Positions 30,586-33,765 of a DNA stretch of 33,765 nt are shown here, piece by piece (position 1 is the first letter of the stretch; each line of letters begins with the position of its first letter). Location of the stretch: NCBI GenBank assembly GCA_017998555.1, contig JAGOCU010000002.1:1-33765 (forward strand), in the 5' to 3' direction. A program made the translations under genes and the position numbers. The notes beneath the pieces are model-generated. The model was given only the letters and a program-made list of their open reading frames with translations, was not told where the DNA came from and did not search any database. This DNA is from Thermoflexales bacterium. Lineage in GTDB: Bacteria > Chloroflexota > Anaerolineae > J036 > Brachytrichaceae.

Positions 30586-31575
30586 TCAGACCAGGTTTCG
30601 CACAACCAAATACAGCAACGCGCTTAACGCGGCGGTGGCGGGGATCGTCAGCAGCCAGGCCAGCACGATGTCGTTCAGAACCCCCCAGCGCACCTGCGAA
30701 GCCCGCTCGGCCGCGCCCACCCCGAGCACCGACATGCTCACCACGTGGGTGGTGCTGACCGGGCCCCCGAGCAGCGACGCGCCCAGGATGACGACCGCCG
30801 ATGCGATCTGGGTGCTGAAACTGTGGATGGGCCGGATGCGGTAGAACTTGCGCCCGAGGGTGTTGATGATGCGCCAGCCGCCAAACACCGTGCCCAGTCC
30901 GATGGCGGCTGCGCTGATGACGATCACCCACCAGGGCACTTCGAACGTCGGCTGAAAACCCAGCACGACCAGGCCCAGGGTGATGATGCCCATGGTCTTC
31001 TGGGCGTCGTTGGTGCCGTGGCTGAGGGCCAGGATGAAACCGGTGGGGAGCTGGGCCCGTTTGAACAACGCATTCACTTTGGGTGTGGCGTCGCGCGACA
31101 TCTGGCGGGTCAGGAACATGACGAGATAGCCGGCCGCAAAGCCGATGAGGGGCGAGGTGAAGAGGGCGATTGCGACCTTGGCCAGCCCGGCCAGTTCGAG
31201 CGCGCCTACGCCCGAGCCCAGAATCACCGCGCCAAGCAGGCCGCCGATCAGGGCGTGCGATGAGCTGGCCGGGATGCCGAAATACCAGGTGATGAGATTC
31301 CACGCGCTGGCGCTGAGCAGCGCGGCCAGCACGACCGCGATGGTGATCGCCGAAGGCAGGGCGACCTCCGAGCCGATGGTCTTGGCCACGGCCACGCCAA
31401 AGACAAACGGCCCGACAAAGTTGGCGACGGCGGCCAGCAGAAGCGCGTCGCGGGGCGTCATTGCCTGCGACGAGATGATCGTGGCGACCACGTTTGCGCT
31501 GTCGTGAAAGCCGTTCAGGAAATCAAAAGTGATCGCGACCGCGATCAGGATGGCGATGAGGGCAAGAGACGACAT
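30586..31575 (-). CDS. pit: Inorganic phosphate transporter, PiT family (PHO4)
   Basis: 329 aa. The N-terminus AITFDFLNGFHDSANVVATIISSQAM and the second-half ALSHGTNDAQKTMGII are the duplicated PiT signature (GxxDxxN / GxNDxxK). Multiple TM helices. Confidence 0.9.
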   Translation of the reverse strand: MSSLALIAILIAVAITFDFLNGFHDSANVVATIISSQAMTPRDALLLAAVANFVGPFVFGVAVAKTIGSEVALPSAITIAVVLAALLSASAWNLITWYFGIPASSSHALIGGLLGAVILGSGVGALELAGLAKVAIALFTSPLIGFAAGYLVMFLTRQMSRDATPKVNALFKRAQLPTGFILALSHGTNDAQKTMGIITLGLVVLGFQPTFEVPWWVIVISAAAIGLGTVFGGWRIINTLGRKFYRIRPIHSFSTQIASAVVILGASLLGGPVSTTHVVSMSVLGVGAAERASQVRWGVLNDIVLAWLLTIPATAALSALLYLVVRNLV

Positions 31576-31637
31576 GGTCTGTTGGCCGGCCCGCTAAGGA
31601 ACCAGACGCCAAGCTTAACATAAGCATAACTTCTGTT

Positions 31638-31693
31638 TCCGGAAGCGAAATCCCCGCCTCGGCGTACGCCGGGGCGGGGATTTCGCTTCCGGA
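31638..31693. repeat. Palindromic element copy C (27-bp stem with one G-U, 2-nt apex) in a divergent intergenic region
   Basis: TCCGGAAGCGAAATCCCCGCCTCGGCG (31638-31664) / TA / CGCCGGGGCGGGGATTTCGCTTCCGGA (31667-31693). Differs from copy A by paired (compensatory) substitutions. Confidence 0.85.
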
Positions 31694-31770
31694 GCATTGC
31701 GCACAGAACTCGCGACAACTTCGCCCTACGGTGAGAGATTGCGACGGCAATACAGGGCCATACTCGATCC

Positions 31771-32127
31771 ATGCTCAATCTGACCAAACGCCAGCGCCAT
31801 GGCCTTGAACTCAGCCTGCGCTTTCACAGCACCCGCCCGCCCACCCTGGGCGATCTGATGGGCCGGGACGCGCCGGTTGTTCTCTCGCACTTGGTCATTG
31901 GCGCAGTGTTGTCGACCTTCATGTTCGCCATCGGCGTGCCCGTCGCCGGGGCGTTCTGCTTTGGGATGTTCCTCGGCGCCGTGTTGCGCCTGATTCGCGG
32001 CCATCGCACCTATGTCAGCAACTGGCCGGTGGTGGATCGGATAACCCAGTGGGATCTTGTCGAGGCGCTCGTTCATCCGCCCGCCCCTGTCGCCGAGGCC
32101 GCGGCGCCTGTGGAACCACCCCTGTGA
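31771..32127 (+). CDS. Hypothetical small membrane protein (2 predicted TM helices)
   Basis: 118 aa. VVLSHLVIGAVLSTFMFAIGVPVAGAFCFGMFLGAVLRLI is a hydrophobic hairpin. Third-position GC is coding-like. The stop TGA (32125-32127) overlaps the GTG of the next gene. No family recognised. Confidence 0.55.
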   Translation: MLNLTKRQRHGLELSLRFHSTRPPTLGDLMGRDAPVVLSHLVIGAVLSTFMFAIGVPVAGAFCFGMFLGAVLRLIRGHRTYVSNWPVVDRITQWDLVEALVHPPAPVAEAAAPVEPPL

Positions 32128-32600
32128 AGATCGCTTTGGCTCTGGTCGCCGGTCTCCTGTTGGCAAGCTGCGCCGTGACACCCACGCCCATCGGTGTGCC
32201 ACCCGCGCCGACGCCTTCGGCCACCCCGCGCTATGGCGAGGCGTTCACCCTGCGCGGCGGACAGGAGGTCCGCTTCGTCGCCTCGCCACCCACCCTGCCC
32301 GCAGCCGAACTGCTCGTGCGCTTTGTTGAGGTCGTGAGCGATGAGCGCTGCCCGGCCCGGGTGACCTGCGCCTGGGCCAACCCGCCCGTCATTGTGCTCG
32401 AGGCGGGCTTCGCCGGGCGTCCGCCCCGGCGCTACACGATCAAGGGCAACTACAACGTCAATCGCGTCCAGTTCGACGGCCTGGCCCTCGAGTTCATCGA
32501 CCTCAACCCCTACCCGCAGCAGCCGGATGAGTTCGCCAAGGTCAAGTCATTGTCGACCTATGTCGTGACGCTGAGGGCCACTGGCGCGCGGGTGGAGTAG
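32124..32600 (+). CDS. Hypothetical lipoprotein
   Basis: The track ORF starts at 32049, but the in-frame GTG at 32124 (GTGA overlap with the upstream stop) gives VKIALALVAGLLLASC, a classic signal peptide with a lipobox (L-A-S-C). The mature part contains VSDERCPARVTCAWANPPVIVLEA, a motif I have seen in uncharacterised lipoproteins. No named family. Confidence 0.6.
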   Translation: MKIALALVAGLLLASCAVTPTPIGVPPAPTPSATPRYGEAFTLRGGQEVRFVASPPTLPAAELLVRFVEVVSDERCPARVTCAWANPPVIVLEAGFAGRPPRRYTIKGNYNVNRVQFDGLALEFIDLNPYPQQPDEFAKVKSLSTYVVTLRATGARVE

Positions 32601-32628
32601 ATGGGCCGGGGCCGTCTCAGTTTTTCAC

Positions 32629-32679
32629 CACAAAGGCACAAAGACACAAAGTCCGTCCAACTGTCAGGAAACTGTCAGG
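32629..32679 (+). promoter_or_regulatory. Phased direct repeats in a low-GC 141-bp intergenic region (candidate operator/promoter elements)
   Basis: CACAAAG x3 at exact 8-nt phasing (32629, 32637, 32645). ACTGTCAGG x2 at 11-nt phasing (32660-32668, 32671-32679), each containing the 7-bp palindrome CTGTCAG. A -10-like TAGACT lies at 32701-32706, and the ATG of the next gene is at 32742. Confidence 0.4.
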
Positions 32680-32741
32680 TTCATTTTGCCGCCCACTCCA
32701 TAGACTCCCTTCAGGCCGTTTGACCGCGGCCCAAGCTGTCT

Positions 32742-33737
32742 ATGTTCTGGGAAATCGACGCGTTCTCCGCGCAACCCGCCTGGCTTGTCCCTGTGATCGG
32801 GACGCTCGTCGCGCTGGCCGGCTTTGGCTTGCTCGCGGCGTTTGGTCTGCGCTACGACCCGGCCTGGTCCGGCCCTCCCGCCGGCGCGCGCGCAGTGGCT
32901 CGGCCGCGAACCGCCCTGACCGTTGGCACCGCTTGTGTCCTTGTGGCCGCTCTTGGCGCGCTGTCCCAGACGATCCCCATTGAGGCGCGCGGCATCGCCC
33001 TGGCCCAGGCTGCCCTGATGGCCGCCGCGGCCGTCTGCGACTGGCGCAAGTGGCAGCTCCCGCTGCCCTTCACCCTCGGCGGGATTGTGTTGGGCGTCGT
33101 CGGTCTCGCCCTGGCGGGCTCGCCCCTGTTGTGGGGGCTCGCCGCCGTCACCGTCCTCGCCGCGCTGGGCATCAACGCCCTGGCGACCGCCGGCACGTTG
33201 CAGGGCGGGGATGTCCTGGCCACCCTCTGGATCGGCCTGGCGTTGCCGGTGATCGGGCTCCTGGCTTTTGCCTTCGGTCAGGCCGGCCTGGGGGTTGCCC
33301 GCCTGCGCGGGCGCTGGCCGCGGGCGACCCGCGCCCCCGTCGGTGGGGCCTGGTTGATGGCGGCCGTGGCGCTGCTGTCGTTGCCCGGGTTGCCAGCGCT
33401 GGTCGAACCCCTGGCCGCGCCGCCCATGCCGGCGCGTGCCGCCGCTCAGATTGCACCCGCGCAAAATCCATCGTGGCGCGAGACTGTTCGCGCGGCTGCG
33501 GATGCAACGGCCTGGGTGGCCTTCGCCGAGGGCGGCCCGGAGCGCGTCGCGCGGGCCGGCCAGGCGGCCGCGCGCGTGCGCGCCCTCGCGGATGACTCCG
33601 ATGTACCCAGAGCGGTCGTCGGCGCGCTCCGCGATCTTGCCGCCGCCCTCGAGGCCTATGACCTCGACGCCATCCGGGTTGTCAGCGCGCGGCTTTCCGA
33701 TCTTCGCGCCGACGCGACATTCACCAAGGAGCCCTGA
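32742..33737 (+). CDS. Polytopic membrane protein, A24 (prepilin/type IV leader) peptidase-like, with ~120-aa soluble Ala/Arg-rich C-terminal extension
   Basis: Several TM helices. AAAAVCDWRKWQLPLPFTLGG resembles the first A24 Asp motif (D.r...iP). TLQGGDVLATLWIGLAL resembles the second (G.GDvKL), but with Leu in place of Lys. The opposite-strand 359-aa ORF is Arg/Gly-rich shadow. Confidence 0.45.
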   Translation: MFWEIDAFSAQPAWLVPVIGTLVALAGFGLLAAFGLRYDPAWSGPPAGARAVARPRTALTVGTACVLVAALGALSQTIPIEARGIALAQAALMAAAAVCDWRKWQLPLPFTLGGIVLGVVGLALAGSPLLWGLAAVTVLAALGINALATAGTLQGGDVLATLWIGLALPVIGLLAFAFGQAGLGVARLRGRWPRATRAPVGGAWLMAAVALLSLPGLPALVEPLAAPPMPARAAAQIAPAQNPSWRETVRAAADATAWVAFAEGGPERVARAGQAAARVRALADDSDVPRAVVGALRDLAAALEAYDLDAIRVVSARLSDLRADATFTKEP

Positions 33738-33741
33738 CCGC

Positions 33742-33765
33742 ATGCGCAGAATGACCCTGATCCTC
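33742..33765 (+). CDS. Possible 5' end of a further gene (MRRMTLIL...), truncated by the window edge
   Basis: ATG lies 4 nt after the previous stop. Only 8 codons are visible, so this is barely supportable. Confidence 0.2.

Noticed and set aside
1797-31693. Whether the recurring palindromes could be a CRISPR array or part of one.
   Set aside because: The copies are single and dispersed kilobases apart in separate intergenic gaps. They are not regularly spaced with unique spacers, and no cas genes are present.
32049-32123. Upstream 25-codon extension of the lipoprotein ORF (track start 32049).
   Set aside because: The extension (MGSCRGARSSARPCRRGRGACGTTP) is Arg-rich and overlaps the end of the preceding gene. 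The GTG at 32124 gives a textbook lipoprotein signal peptide and a GTGA stop/start overlap.
31726-32202. 158-aa minus-strand ORF overlapping the small membrane-protein gene.
   Set aside because: It has Arg-rich shadow-ORF composition. The plus-strand ORF has a coherent 2-TM hairpin and is translationally coupled to the next gene.
32601-32626. Possible intrinsic terminator after the lipoprotein gene (GGGCCGGGGCC followed by TTTTT).
   Set aside because: The GC segment can form at most a 4-bp stem with a 2-nt loop, which is not a stable hairpin. Only the T-run is convincing.
32664-33743. 359-aa minus-strand ORF opposite the A24-like gene.
   Set aside because: It has Arg/Gly/Pro/Gln-rich low-complexity composition with no motifs. 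The plus-strand frame shows regular TM helices and peptidase-like motifs.

Overview
33.8-kb, very GC-rich bacterial chromosomal window. PT-linkers, LVIVD, CSLREA-type and choice-of-anchor-type modules, and long GC hairpins instead of U-tract terminators suggest a Chloroflexota-like organism, but this is inference only. Gene order, left to right: (1) the 3' end of a SnoaL-like gene. (2) An RHH-antitoxin/PIN-toxin pair with a near-leaderless extended -10 promoter. (3) A convergent alpha/beta hydrolase. (4) A minus-strand ~1,133-aa AfsR/SARP-type STAND regulator (wHTH-BTAD + P-loop NB-ARC + TPR). (5) Divergent from it, a small SH3b-like ORF followed by a ~24-kb two-gene operon. The operon covers about 71% of the window, its genes overlap by 8 nt, and it encodes ~5,054-aa and 2,944-aa mosaic surface proteins. 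(6) A convergent PiT phosphate transporter and DUF47 gene pair. (7) A small membrane protein, a lipoprotein and an A24 prepilin-peptidase-like membrane protein. Almost every intergenic gap carries a long, nearly perfect GC-rich palindrome. Five of them form one family with a conserved apex and compensatory stem substitutions. I recognised no rRNA, tRNA, CRISPR array, transposase or integrase. The best novelty candidates are the giant-protein operon with its divergent SARP-STAND regulator and a SARP-box-like triple direct repeat, the unusual internal membrane-spanning and Lys-rich segment of the 5,054-aa protein, a Cys-rich 18-aa repeat and orphan P-domains, a shared LP[LV][IL]-type C-terminal motif, and the palindromic element family. 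All domain calls come from reading motifs by eye. No HMM or BLAST search was run.
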